Shown piece after piece: positions 9,676-19,911 of a stretch of DNA of 64,000 nt. How positions within the stretch are numbered: the first letter of the stretch is position 1; each line of letters starts with the position of its first letter. The notes beneath the pieces were generated by a model, which had not been told where the DNA came from, made no database searches, and saw nothing but the letters and a program-made list of their open reading frames with translations. A program made the position numbers and the translations under genes. The DNA comes from Escherichia phage JS98, in sequence record NC_010105.1. One strand, written 5' to 3'.

Positions 9676-10841
9676 GTTCAAAAACTATGCAGCGTGAAGG
9701 CTTTCCTAATATTAGTATACGCCTTTACGAAGATTATGACGCCTGGTTAGAGCATCGTTTTGTTGAACTAGGCGCGACATTTACTACCCTAACAATGCGA
9801 GATGGTCTTTATGGTAATAATGAAGGATTGCTCCAGTTTTATGATGCAAAAAACCTTCATACTAAAATGGATGGTGAACAAATTATCCAAGTTTCTGTTA
9901 AGAATGCCAACTCGGAACGTACCCAATCAAGAATTTACGGAAGTAAACACTTTGCAGTAGGGGTGGATTCTAAGGGCGACAATATCATAACAATACAACT
10001 CGCCCCTATCCACTTTTTAGAAAATCTTAAATTCGGACGTATGTTCTTCCCTAGTGTTCAAGAAACATTAACCGAAATGATTGGGGTTATTTATCAAGAC
10101 CGACCACTCCTTGCACCTCCATTGAACGGGATAAACGTTTATGTTCCTAATGTTCCTTGGTGTGATTCTATGGACAGATATATGGAATTTGTGCGAGAAG
10201 TAGGTATGGCTGTTGAATCCGATAAATTTGTATTTGTCTGGGAAGATATAGATGGTATTTCTATCATGGACTACGAATTTATGGTTAATCAAGAGCCTAT
10301 CAATTTTGTGGTTGGCGAGCCTCGTTTAATAGGCCAATACGTTCAAGATATGGATACTCCTATTGCATTTGATTTTGAGTGGTTAACTAAAGCCAACCAA
10401 CATACCCGAAAACCGTACGAAAATGCTACAGTATATGCCCATTCGTTCCTAGATAAAAACGCCACACGAATTACTTTTGGTGATGGGCAAAACAGTATAT
10501 TGGTTTCTCGTTCAGGTGGATATTCTGATTATACCTACCGAAACGGGTTTGAAGAAGCTGATAGATTGGTTACTATGGCCCAGTATGATGGGTACGCTCA
10601 TTGCAAGGTATATGGGAACTTTGAATTAACTCCGGGTGATAAGATTAATTTCTACGACCCTAAAAACCAGTTCCAATACGATTTTTATGTAGACGAAGTT
10701 ATTCATGAAGTGAGTAACAATACATCAATTACAAACCTTTATATGTTTACTAATGGTAAGCCTATTAAGATTGAAGAGCCACCGAAGGTTAAAAATGAAC
10801 TTAAAACTGATACTCCCGATCAAGAAAATAACGCTGGGTGA
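9672..10841 (+). CDS. 27: Baseplate hub subunit gp27
   Basis: 389 aa; T4 order 51-27-28-29. Confidence 0.8.
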   Translation: MSSKTMQREGFPNISIRLYEDYDAWLEHRFVELGATFTTLTMRDGLYGNNEGLLQFYDAKNLHTKMDGEQIIQVSVKNANSERTQSRIYGSKHFAVGVDSKGDNIITIQLAPIHFLENLKFGRMFFPSVQETLTEMIGVIYQDRPLLAPPLNGINVYVPNVPWCDSMDRYMEFVREVGMAVESDKFVFVWEDIDGISIMDYEFMVNQEPINFVVGEPRLIGQYVQDMDTPIAFDFEWLTKANQHTRKPYENATVYAHSFLDKNATRITFGDGQNSILVSRSGGYSDYTYRNGFEEADRLVTMAQYDGYAHCKVYGNFELTPGDKINFYDPKNQFQYDFYVDEVIHEVSNNTSITNLYMFTNGKPIKIEEPPKVKNELKTDTPDQENNAG

Positions 10842-11316
10842 TAAAGAGATTTCCATTCCTAAATTGGGTCTTAAACACCAAAAATTGGTTAAAGATGAAA
10901 AAGACCCTTATAAAGCTCTTCATATATTAATGAGTTCCATTTATAAGGGTTTAACTGCAGCCGAAACCGATTTCGCTGCTCTTCATCTTTTAGAATTCAA
11001 CGGACGGCTAAAAGAAAAGGTAACTAAGGATGGGTTTACGTATAACCTAAATGACCTTTATATCTGCCAACGTCTTGAATTCCAATTCCAAGGTAAAACA
11101 TTTAAATTTAAATCACATGAACCGTTCCAAACATTTGGTCCTGTTGATAGTGTATTACAATCCCTTTACCTTGGGGACGATGTACCAGATTTTCTGGATA
11201 TGCCTGCCTTTGTTGCTACATGGGCCGACGATATAACTTCTACTGTAGCTATCCCTGGTCCTAATGGTCCTATTAAAGGATTGCTTAAAATCATGGATAT
11301 CTTAAATGAAGAATGA
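10795..11316 (+). CDS. 28: Baseplate hub distal subunit gp28
   Basis: 173 aa from the internal ATG at 10795; overlaps gp27 3' end as in T4. Confidence 0.7.
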   Translation: MNLKLILPIKKITLGDKEISIPKLGLKHQKLVKDEKDPYKALHILMSSIYKGLTAAETDFAALHLLEFNGRLKEKVTKDGFTYNLNDLYICQRLEFQFQGKTFKFKSHEPFQTFGPVDSVLQSLYLGDDVPDFLDMPAFVATWADDITSTVAIPGPNGPIKGLLKIMDILNEE

Positions 11317-13042
11317 ATCTAATCAGAATAGTTTTCGTCGCAATAAACTGATTGAAGAAATGGCTCCTCAGCGTCGTGCTGAGGCGCTAGCCCAAACCCA
11401 GAACGACGAATTAGGAAATATAACAGAAGCTTTATCAGAAACCCAGGCGGCGTCTGAATTGCTCTCTGAAGTTGTTGAAACAAAGTCTAATCAGATTATT
11501 AATTCTATAGACCGAGTAGATAAAAGTGTTCAAGATGTTGTCGCCGGAACAGAATTAACGGCTGAAGCTATATCAGAGCAAACCCAACAATCTAAAGCTC
11601 TTTCGGATGCATTAAACGAAAAGATTAATAAGCTTTCTAATATGTTGGAGGCTAAATTCTCTGGTATTTCTATTCCGCCGGAAGGGAGCTCGTTAAAGGT
11701 TATTGAAGACTCTATTCCTGAAGAACCTAAGGCTGAAACTCCTAAAGTTCCTGCTGTTATTGAAGATATTCTTCCGCCTGAAGATAATAAACCTGACGCT
11801 GAATTTGTACCAGAGCCTCCTAAAAATTCGGATGAAGGTAAAGAAGGTGATAAGTCTTCTCTTTCCGATAAAATCGAAGCCCTTACAAAAATAACCGAAA
11901 AAGGATTTAAAGCTTCTATAGGCGTCGCTGATAGAATTTCAGGTATGCTTTTTAAGTATACTATTACTGCCGCCGCTGAAGCTGCTAAACTCGCCGCAGG
12001 CCTAGCCCTTTTAATATTTGGTATAGATGCTATTCGTGTATACTTCCAATATTTCATGGACCAATTTAATGAAGGATGGAAAAAATTTAACGATAAGTTT
12101 AAAGAGTGGGGACCCGTACTTGAAGGCTTAATGACCTGGGCCAAGAATGCTGAAGCTATGTTTAGCGAAAGAAATTGGCTAGGTCTGGCTGAAGCTATTA
12201 TTCGCGGTATGGTTAATCTTACCAAAAATATGGCACAACTGTTAATGCTCGGTATTTCTAAATTGATTTCTGCTATTTTAAGTAAAATACCGGGTATGGG
12301 TGATTTGGCTGAAAACGTAGAGGCATCCGCTTTAATGTCGTATCAACAAAATACCGGAGCCACTTTAGATGACGAAGACCAAACTAAAGTAGCCAAGTAC
12401 CATGATAGACGTTCAGCTGAGGCTTTAGAAACAGCCGAGAAAATGAATAAGAAGTATAAGGGTAAACCTGAGCTTATAAACCAGGCAGAGAAATACGGTA
12501 ACCTTACTAAAGAACAAGCCGACCAATTACGCGCTGGTGGAATTGACACAAGCTTCCGTGACCTCCCTGAAGAAGAACGTTTAGAGTATTTTAAGAAACG
12601 TGATAAAGCCCAGGCTGATATTATTCGTTTAACTCAAACCGCCGATAATATAATGAAGCCTGATTCTAAAGATATCGAAAATGCCAAGGCATTTAAAGCG
12701 GATATCGAGAAACAATTGGCTGACCCTATTATGGCTAAAGGTGGAGCACCTAAGGACCTTAATATCCAGCAATTACTTGATAAGATGAATAAATCTTTAG
12801 AGAAATTTAATGAAGCTGAAAAGCCTAAACCTGCTTCTGTAGCGGAATCTCCTGAAAATACTCAGGTTAAAAAGGTTGACGAGCAAATGAGAGCAAAGGA
12901 AAATGCTAAATATAGTCAGCAAGCTCCAACTCAAATAAATCAGCAAACGAATATCAAGAAAACGAGTAAGACTAGTTATAATTTACCACCACAGTCTTCC
13001 ACTCCTGCTCCTGGTATGCGTCAAGCTACTAAAGTTAATTAG
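11306..13042 (+). CDS. 29: Baseplate hub subunit / tail length determinator gp29
   Basis: 578 aa, coiled-coil and low-complexity rich; T4 position. Confidence 0.8.
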   Translation: MKNESNQNSFRRNKLIEEMAPQRRAEALAQTQNDELGNITEALSETQAASELLSEVVETKSNQIINSIDRVDKSVQDVVAGTELTAEAISEQTQQSKALSDALNEKINKLSNMLEAKFSGISIPPEGSSLKVIEDSIPEEPKAETPKVPAVIEDILPPEDNKPDAEFVPEPPKNSDEGKEGDKSSLSDKIEALTKITEKGFKASIGVADRISGMLFKYTITAAAEAAKLAAGLALLIFGIDAIRVYFQYFMDQFNEGWKKFNDKFKEWGPVLEGLMTWAKNAEAMFSERNWLGLAEAIIRGMVNLTKNMAQLLMLGISKLISAILSKIPGMGDLAENVEASALMSYQQNTGATLDDEDQTKVAKYHDRRSAEALETAEKMNKKYKGKPELINQAEKYGNLTKEQADQLRAGGIDTSFRDLPEEERLEYFKKRDKAQADIIRLTQTADNIMKPDSKDIENAKAFKADIEKQLADPIMAKGGAPKDLNIQQLLDKMNKSLEKFNEAEKPKPASVAESPENTQVKKVDEQMRAKENAKYSQQAPTQINQQTNIKKTSKTSYNLPPQSSTPAPGMRQATKVN

Positions 13043-13044
13043 GA

Positions 13045-14139
13045 ATGATAATGAAAGTAAAAGAAATTGACATTGACGTAGCCTCCTTATTTAAAGGAGG
13101 TTCAAAAACCTCCGCGGGCCAATCTAAAGCTAAACCGGCCCAAACTACGGTAACTGCCCAGTATCCGGCCGAAAGGGCCTCCGGCAATGATACCTCTACA
13201 GATATGGTGTTAAACGATTTATATAAAAATGGATTACTTTTTACGGCATATAATTTTAGCTCTCGCGTATCACCTGATTTACGTAACGACCGCTCAAGCC
13301 AAATGACCAAAAAGTTTTCAAAAGCTGCAGGTAAACTTACCAGTAATACTGGAGGGTTCAGTGCTGTTAAAAACCTGTTTAGTAACAACTCTAAAGGAGT
13401 TAAATTTGATAGCCAGGCTTTAGCCAATATTTTGCTCCCTCGTTCTAAATCTGATGTTGATTCGGTTACGCATAAATTTAATGATGTAGGCGAATCATTA
13501 ATTACTAAAGGTGGTGGTACTGCTACGGGTATTTTGAGTAACGTTGCCAGTACTGCTGTATTTGGTGCATTGGAATCTGTAACTAACGGTGTAATGGCCG
13601 ATTCCGGTGAGCAAATATACACAACCGCACGTAGTATGTATGCAGGACCAGATAACCGTACTAAGGTATTCACTTGGGAAATGACCCCTAGAAACGCCCA
13701 AGACCTTATTCAGATTATTAAAATATACGAAATCTTTAATTACTATTCTTATGGTGAAACAGGCAACTCTGCCTTTGCCGGTGAATTAAAAGAGAAGATT
13801 GATACTTGGTACCGTTCCACATTTAAAAAAGAAGCTATTGATAACTTTGACGGCAAGCTATTAGGAGAAGGTATCACAAGTTTCCTTTCTAATGTTATTG
13901 TGGTAAGTAACCCAACTATTTGGTATATTCGAAACTTTGGTAATACAAGTTCATATGACGGACGTGAAGATATTTTCGGACCGTGCCAAATCCAAAGTAT
14001 ACGATTTGATAAAACTCCCGACGGACATTTTAATGGTTTGGCTATTGCTCCTAACTTACCATCCACGTTTAGTTTAGAAGTTACTTTCCGTGAAATCATT
14101 ACTTTGAACCGTGGCTCACTTTATACGGAAGGATTCTAA
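13045..14139 (+). CDS. 48: Baseplate tail tube cap gp48
   Basis: 364 aa, same length as T4 gp48. Confidence 0.8.
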   Translation: MIMKVKEIDIDVASLFKGGSKTSAGQSKAKPAQTTVTAQYPAERASGNDTSTDMVLNDLYKNGLLFTAYNFSSRVSPDLRNDRSSQMTKKFSKAAGKLTSNTGGFSAVKNLFSNNSKGVKFDSQALANILLPRSKSDVDSVTHKFNDVGESLITKGGGTATGILSNVASTAVFGALESVTNGVMADSGEQIYTTARSMYAGPDNRTKVFTWEMTPRNAQDLIQIIKIYEIFNYYSYGETGNSAFAGELKEKIDTWYRSTFKKEAIDNFDGKLLGEGITSFLSNVIVVSNPTIWYIRNFGNTSSYDGREDIFGPCQIQSIRFDKTPDGHFNGLAIAPNLPSTFSLEVTFREIITLNRGSLYTEGF

Positions 14140-15092
14140 TGTATACTTTACAAGAATTTCAAAACCAGGCAATTAATATTGACCTACAAAGGAATAACCT
14201 GTTTAGTGTAGTATTTGCTACAGTTCCTTCTTCTAAATCCCAAGCGCTCCTCGACCAGTTCGGTGGAGCTTTATTTAACAATATCCCGTTGAATACCGAT
14301 TTGTTTGGAATTACCCAAGGAGATTTAACCCAAGGTGTTACGACATTAGTGACAGCGGGCACTCAGAAGTTGATTCGTAAGTCAGGCATAAGTAAATATC
14401 TGATTGGAGCTATGTCATCCAGGGTTGTGCAGAGCTTACTAGGTGAGTTTGAAGTCGGAACTTATCTTATGGATTTTTTCAATATGGCTTATCCTACGGC
14501 GGGTCTTTTAGTCCATGCCGTTAAAATTCCGGATAATACTTTGAACTATGAAATGGATTTGAACCACAACTCGCCTAATATCAAAATTACCGGAAGAGAA
14601 TATTCCCCATTGGTATTAAGCTTCCGTATGGATTCTGAAGCTGCTAACTACCGTGCTTTTAATGATTGGGTCAATAGTGTCCAAGACCCTATTACACAAT
14701 TAAGAGCATTGCCTGAAGATGTTGAAGCTGACATCCAAGTCAACCTTCATTCTCGTAATGGATTGCCACATACGGTGGTAATGCTTAATGGATGTGTTCC
14801 TGTTAGTGTTTCATCGCCGGAATTATCCTATGATGGTGATAACCAAATTGCTTCGTTTGATGTTACATTTGCTTATAGAAGTGTGCAGACAGGTGCAGTT
14901 GGTAAACAAGCTGCTTATGAATGGCTGGAAGATAAAGTCCTTAAAGGCGTAGCAGGTATAAGTGAGAGTAACTCATTAAGTGCTTCTGTAGCTAAATTAA
15001 GCCGACTTTCAGGAGCTTCTAGTGGATTGACCGGATTGGTTAATACATTTGGTGGGCGTGCTATTAATAATGGAATATCCAGGTTGCTATAA
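14139..15092 (+). CDS. 54: Baseplate tail tube initiator gp54
   Basis: 317 aa; T4 order 48-54. Confidence 0.8.
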   Translation: MYTLQEFQNQAINIDLQRNNLFSVVFATVPSSKSQALLDQFGGALFNNIPLNTDLFGITQGDLTQGVTTLVTAGTQKLIRKSGISKYLIGAMSSRVVQSLLGEFEVGTYLMDFFNMAYPTAGLLVHAVKIPDNTLNYEMDLNHNSPNIKITGREYSPLVLSFRMDSEAANYRAFNDWVNSVQDPITQLRALPEDVEADIQVNLHSRNGLPHTVVMLNGCVPVSVSSPELSYDGDNQIASFDVTFAYRSVQTGAVGKQAAYEWLEDKVLKGVAGISESNSLSASVAKLSRLSGASSGLTGLVNTFGGRAINNGISRLL

Positions 15093-15099
15093 CAAAAAA

Positions 15100-15117
15100 G
15101 GAGAGCGTAAGCTCTCC
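15100..15117. terminator. Bidirectional hairpin GGAGAGC-GTAA-GCTCTCC after gene 54
   Basis: 7 bp stem flanked by A-run and T-run. Confidence 0.6.
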
Positions 15118-15126
15118 TTTAGGGGT

Positions 15127-15417
15127 TTATTTACGGAACGAAATGAAACCTGCTGCTGTCATTAATGGCTGCTTTTTAACAAAGACCGTAATAGAAATAG
15201 GAGCTTCAGATTCAAGCTGGCCGGTTACTACACCATTAAAGATATTTTCAGTTTGTTCGGGTTGTGAAAAATTTTCAATTGGACGTAAGTCGAACTGCTT
15301 GTCTTCGCCGAAAACTCGACGTAATTCATTACCGACTGCACTGTCGAACTCTTCAGAAGCAGGGATAACGTTTTCAACTACCAGTTCTTGACCGTTAAAG
15401 CGGAATGCAGATTTCAT
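15127..15417 (-). CDS. Hypothetical early protein (alt.-x position)
   Basis: 96 aa ORF with SD-ATG and its own early promoter. Confidence 0.55.
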   Translation of the reverse strand: MKSAFRFNGQELVVENVIPASEEFDSAVGNELRRVFGEDKQFDLRPIENFSQPEQTENIFNGVVTGQLESEAPISITVFVKKQPLMTAAGFISFRK

Positions 15418-15445
15418 AATGTTCTCCTCATGTTTGTGTAAGGTA

Positions 15446-15475
15446 ATAGTACCACATCCTTGTGGTGTTGTAAAC
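15446..15475 (-). promoter_or_regulatory. T4-type early promoter (-35 GTTTAC, 17 nt, -10 TACTAT)
   Basis: rc of 15469-15475 and 15446-15451; conserved leader CTTACACAAACATGAGGAGAAC before the ATG. Confidence 0.55.
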
Positions 15476-17601
15476 TACATTTTGAATTTATTTGGTAAAG
15501 AAGAGATGTCCAAAGATGCAGCAAGGATTTCCATAGCCTCATTACTTTCTGAAACAGATTCTGAAACTAGGAATTCTTTAAACCCGTTCATCAATTTAAC
15601 TTCACCGGTTTCCATCAGATGGTCACCATCGTAAACGGACTCACTGAGTTCTGAAGGAGATGTCACTGTAGCTTCCATAAGGTATTTGTGAGATACTCTA
15701 TCATTCATAGCAAAAGCCGCTACTTTATCAACCTTCAACAATAATCCTCGCGGAAGGATAATTTCTGCTTCTTCGGAATATTCTGTAAGGTCACCAGGAG
15801 CGATAACTTTAACTGCTTCAGCACCTCGAATAACCATACCGATTTCAGCAATCCTGTCTGCAGGGCCTTCAGGTGCAATTGGATTACCGAACTCGTCTTC
15901 TTCCCATTCTACCTCTTCATCATCAACTTCGCCTACATCAGATGAACTACCACTGGCTAATTTAAACAACTCATCAGCGGAGGATAAAGAACCTTCATCA
16001 CCAACAAAAACTGCTTGGTTGTCGAGGGCCATATAATTTTTACCAAATTCGCCAAAGATATTAGGCTTTAATGAAGCAGACACAAAGTTCTTAAAGTAAA
16101 ATGTTTTGTTATCAATATTATGGCGCAGAATTTTGTATGGTAAATCCTGACCACGATACAAAATAGTACCCTTAGGAAGTTTAATACCCTTGGTAAATGC
16201 TGAGTCTAAATCCTTAATCAATTTAATAGCTGTTGTATTGTTTTCGGATTCAGGTTTACCTAAAAGGAATAAGTTCATAGGAGCATATTCAGCCGCACAA
16301 TATTCAATAATGGCATTGCTTTCGTCTTTGGTCAAGCCCTTAGGTTTAATGAGCTCGCCTGAATAAGCATATGCATCGCTAATAGAATCGTTAATCAGTT
16401 TATAAACGGCTTCCATAGCGAAAGCAATTCGGGATGCTTTCTCTGAAGGAGACCCCTGAAAACGGGCACTCAGGTTATTAACAATTCTCTTAATAATATC
16501 CAGACTATTGGTAGTATTGATTTGAGAAAGGCCACTTAAAAGTCTATCGACTTCCGTATTAAAAAATGCCATATTATTAGAGTAAATTTCAAACCCTTGT
16601 TTATCTCTATTAGCATAATTTAGTTTAAATTTACTATCAGTCATTAAAGCGTGCGTGAGAGCAATGGTGTATCTAAAGTTGGCAAGGTCCTCACTCTTAG
16701 ATTTAAACTGAGAGGCCTGACGCATTTTAGTAATAGCACCTTTTTTAAAGTTCTGACTAATCTGCTCAATACCTTCGTTCTCAGGGCCTTCGGCCGAGTG
16801 AACAGGGACAGAAGCTTCAAACTCGTTATAAACCTGCAATTCTTTAGGTGATAAAGTTTCAGGTTCGGCAGTAGAATACTGCGCTGCTGCAGCCATACGA
16901 CGGGAAATCTTAGTACGAGAAATAACAGCCTTATCGGTACGTTTCTCTTCAACCTGTGCAATAGATGCTGCTACGGCTTCGACCTTACTTACAGCCTGGC
17001 CGGTTTTCTTAGAAACATAAACTTCACCGACTTTAGACTCAACCTTGGTATAAAGGTCCGCATCAATTTCAGGCATACCCTTGATATCTTCGATATTAGT
17101 GCCACGACGTGCTAAAAGAACGTATGTATGTTTACCACTAAACTGGAACATATCATCGACAACTTTAAACTTACCACCGGTACGGGCCATCGCCAAACGA
17201 GCTAATACACGCTGAACAGTAGGGCCTTTACCTTTCATTTTCTTGGTAGGGAAACGGAATAAAACCGCATCCATTTTAAGTTTATTTACTTGTTCGTATA
17301 TCGTATCGAAAATAGTATTCAATGTACCAAGTGGGTCGGAACCAAGGCCACCTTTGAGTTCAGCCGGGGCACCCTTGCTCGACAAACTCATTAAAATAAC
17401 ATGGACATATTTGTCGCCTGGCTTAACCATTTTAATAGCGTCTCCTTGAGACGCATAAGATACCATACGAGCAACCAGGTTATCGTTACCCGGTGCATGG
17501 ATAGAGAAAATCTGTGGAATACCGGAACCCGGTTTAAGATTTGTTACTGGATAGTTTTTAGCGGAATCACTATCAAAAACCTCGTTTAAATTTTCCATCA
17601 T
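15475..17601 (-). CDS. Alt-family ADP-ribosyltransferase, paralog 1
   Basis: 708 aa; N-terminus shared with the neighbour (MVSYASxGDAIK..VKxGDKY.HVILMSLS.KG.PAELKGGLG); C-terminal R / STS-like (VSASL) / ExE (EAEIILPRGLL) ART motifs. Confidence 0.8.
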   Translation of the reverse strand: MMENLNEVFDSDSAKNYPVTNLKPGSGIPQIFSIHAPGNDNLVARMVSYASQGDAIKMVKPGDKYVHVILMSLSSKGAPAELKGGLGSDPLGTLNTIFDTIYEQVNKLKMDAVLFRFPTKKMKGKGPTVQRVLARLAMARTGGKFKVVDDMFQFSGKHTYVLLARRGTNIEDIKGMPEIDADLYTKVESKVGEVYVSKKTGQAVSKVEAVAASIAQVEEKRTDKAVISRTKISRRMAAAAQYSTAEPETLSPKELQVYNEFEASVPVHSAEGPENEGIEQISQNFKKGAITKMRQASQFKSKSEDLANFRYTIALTHALMTDSKFKLNYANRDKQGFEIYSNNMAFFNTEVDRLLSGLSQINTTNSLDIIKRIVNNLSARFQGSPSEKASRIAFAMEAVYKLINDSISDAYAYSGELIKPKGLTKDESNAIIEYCAAEYAPMNLFLLGKPESENNTTAIKLIKDLDSAFTKGIKLPKGTILYRGQDLPYKILRHNIDNKTFYFKNFVSASLKPNIFGEFGKNYMALDNQAVFVGDEGSLSSADELFKLASGSSSDVGEVDDEEVEWEEDEFGNPIAPEGPADRIAEIGMVIRGAEAVKVIAPGDLTEYSEEAEIILPRGLLLKVDKVAAFAMNDRVSHKYLMEATVTSPSELSESVYDGDHLMETGEVKLMNGFKEFLVSESVSESNEAMEILAASLDISSLPNKFKM

Positions 17602-19689
17602 TTACCCTTGGATGAATTTTTCTGGTATGCCATAGAGGTCTATGCATGAAGCCAAAAGAGGCAGTACGTCAAACCGTGTAGATTTAACAAATGAATCAAA
17701 AGATACAGGGCTTTCGGAAGTATCGAAGTCATCTTGGTATACGACCAACTCACCAGTTTCCATTAGTACGTCACCATCATACACTACAGATTCTTGAAGC
17801 TCATCTGATGTCATAACTTCAGCTTGAATAAATTTATTGTTAGACACCGCCCCAGAACCAGTATTGGCTGATGCATCCACGATTTTATCTATTTTTACAA
17901 GTAGCCCGCGTGGTAAAATTATTTCCTTTTCGTTGGCATGCATGCTTAATTGGCCAGGATAAATCACGTTAACCTTATGAGCGCCACTAATAGCCCAGCC
18001 AACATCAACACGGATTTGATCCGGTGCATACATATGTGTACGCACTTGACTAGCCGAGATGGTAACGCCTTCGTCATTATTATCAATGTTTAATTCTTTT
18101 CGAACATCATCGGAAGCAAGACCAATAGCCGCATTCTCTTTAAAGCCACCAAAAATGATTGGAGCCAATGAGGTTGAAACATAGTTTCTAAAATAGAATA
18201 CCTTATTTTTAACTAATGCTTCGTAGATAGGCGCGCGCAAAGATTGTGCTCTATAAACCATTATTCCTTCAGGTAAACGGTCACCATTTTTAAAGGCAGA
18301 ATCCATTCCATCAATAGCACGTTTAACTTCGCTTTCGTCCAAAACTTCATAAAAGCCCGGTTTATAACGGCCAAGAAGGACATTGTTAATATCAATATAA
18401 GCTGAAGAGGCGTATTCTCTGATAGCTCGTTTTTCTGCAAGTGTATATTGTTTAGGGTCTCGAGATGTTGTTATATTAAGAATTTCTCTAGTTGATTCTA
18501 TAGCGTATGTATACATTATCTTAGACAAGAATGAAGACTTACGTTGTTTCCATACTCTTTCACTGTTTTCATTCAATATCTCTTTTTCCAAATGGAAATT
18601 GTCTTTTCTATAATCTTCAAACCAATCACTTTTAATAGATTCTGCGATTTCATTAGCAGCTTCAACAAAGGCGGCTAAAGCTTTAACTGACGTGGTTTTT
18701 TCATTTTTAATTTTTTTGACAAATTTTTCTAAAGAAGAGTTAATTTTATCACCGTAAGAAACTTCATCCGCAAATTTAAATGAATCATCCATAGTATTAT
18801 AAATTTTAAAATCAATAGCCGTAGCCAGCTTATCCTTAGCTGTTTCGGATGATAATGATAATTCAACTTCGGCTGCTTGTGGAATTAATTCCGCCGTAGC
18901 AGGCGCACTGAACTCATTGGCAGTTTGTTCATATTTCTGAAATAATTCACCTTCATTACGGTCTGCTTCTAATGACTGGCTTGCCGCAATCGCACGACGA
19001 GAAATCTTAGTCTTGGTTATAACCATTTTATCAGTGCGACGTTCTTCAACTTTAGCAATACTGCCGGCAATAGCGGTTTCTTTAGTAACCTGAGCGCCTT
19101 CTTTTTTAGAAATATAAACTTCACCAACATCAGAATCTACCTTAGTATATAATTCGGCATTAATTCCAGGCATACCTTTGATATCTTCGATATCAGCTTG
19201 TTTACGAACTACTAGGATATAAGTATGTTTACCGGTAAATTGGTACATGGCTGGAACTACTTTAAAACGTCCACCGGTTTTCTGTGCTACCAAACGTTGG
19301 ATAATCCGTTGGACAATAGGTCCTTGTCCTTTCATTTTCTTGGTTGGAAAACGGAACATCACAGCATCCATACGAAGCTTTTTAACTTGTTCGAATACTA
19401 CGTCGAAAATGGTATTAATAGCATCAATAGGAGTAGGGCCTAATCCACCTTTAAGTTCGGCTGGAGTACCTTTAGCTGATAAACTCATCAAAATAACGTG
19501 GGCATATTTATCACCTAATTTAACCTGTTTAATAGCATCGCCTTCAGAGGCATAAGATACCATACGAGCAACTAATTGGGATTCGGCGTCGCCAATCTTC
19601 CAAATCTGGGGTACTTTAAGTTTTGGGTTTAAGTTTACAGTAGGCAGGGTGCCTTCGGACTCAAACACCTCATTCAATTGTTCGGTCAT
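17602..19689 (-). CDS. alt: Alt ADP-ribosyltransferase, paralog 2
   Basis: 695 aa; VSTSL and EKEIILPRGLL motifs; N-terminal capsid-targeting-like sequence; position next to ligase as in T4. Confidence 0.8.
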   Translation of the reverse strand: MTEQLNEVFESEGTLPTVNLNPKLKVPQIWKIGDAESQLVARMVSYASEGDAIKQVKLGDKYAHVILMSLSAKGTPAELKGGLGPTPIDAINTIFDVVFEQVKKLRMDAVMFRFPTKKMKGQGPIVQRIIQRLVAQKTGGRFKVVPAMYQFTGKHTYILVVRKQADIEDIKGMPGINAELYTKVDSDVGEVYISKKEGAQVTKETAIAGSIAKVEERRTDKMVITKTKISRRAIAASQSLEADRNEGELFQKYEQTANEFSAPATAELIPQAAEVELSLSSETAKDKLATAIDFKIYNTMDDSFKFADEVSYGDKINSSLEKFVKKIKNEKTTSVKALAAFVEAANEIAESIKSDWFEDYRKDNFHLEKEILNENSERVWKQRKSSFLSKIMYTYAIESTREILNITTSRDPKQYTLAEKRAIREYASSAYIDINNVLLGRYKPGFYEVLDESEVKRAIDGMDSAFKNGDRLPEGIMVYRAQSLRAPIYEALVKNKVFYFRNYVSTSLAPIIFGGFKENAAIGLASDDVRKELNIDNNDEGVTISASQVRTHMYAPDQIRVDVGWAISGAHKVNVIYPGQLSMHANEKEIILPRGLLVKIDKIVDASANTGSGAVSNNKFIQAEVMTSDELQESVVYDGDVLMETGELVVYQDDFDTSESPVSFDSFVKSTRFDVLPLLASCIDLYGIPEKFIQG

Positions 19690-19712
19690 AATAATTCCTC
19701 TTTAATAACCGT

Positions 19713-19720
19713 ATTTATGC
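19713..19720 (-). promoter_or_regulatory. Possible weak late promoter (CATAAATA) for alt
   Basis: One mismatch to TATAAATA; about 25 nt upstream of the alt ATG. Confidence 0.3.
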
Positions 19721-19726
19721 CATAAA

Positions 19727-19740
19727 AGGCCCGAAGGCCT
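19727..19740 (-). terminator. Hairpin AGGCC-CGAA-GGCCT between the small ORF and alt
   Basis: On the - transcript the stem is followed by UUUAUGG. Confidence 0.45.
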
Positions 19741-19910
19741 TAAAGTGGTAGCAACGTACGATATACTTCGAATGTCGGGCCTTTTTCATAGCCGTCAAAC
19801 ACGTCTTTAAAATCGGCAAAAGCTATTTCATCCTCAAACTCTAGGATGATTTGAGAGGCCGCAGTGTTATTTGTGTTTGTTACAACAATTGTTTCTAAAT
19901 AAGCTTTCAT
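19740..19910 (-). CDS. Hypothetical small protein
   Basis: 56 aa from the internal ATG that abuts the ligase stop. Confidence 0.45.
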   Translation of the reverse strand: MKAYLETIVVTNTNNTAASQIILEFEDEIAFADFKDVFDGYEKGPTFEVYRTLLPL

Positions 19911-19911
19911 A

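Noticed and set aside
11530-12225. 231 aa ORF antisense to gene 29
   Set aside because: Lies entirely inside a well-supported gene on the opposite strand, has low-complexity S/A/L-rich composition and no promoter or SD; treated as a spurious antisense frame.
13035-13673. 212 aa ORF antisense to gene 48
   Set aside because: Embedded antisense in a conserved structural gene with no independent translation signals.
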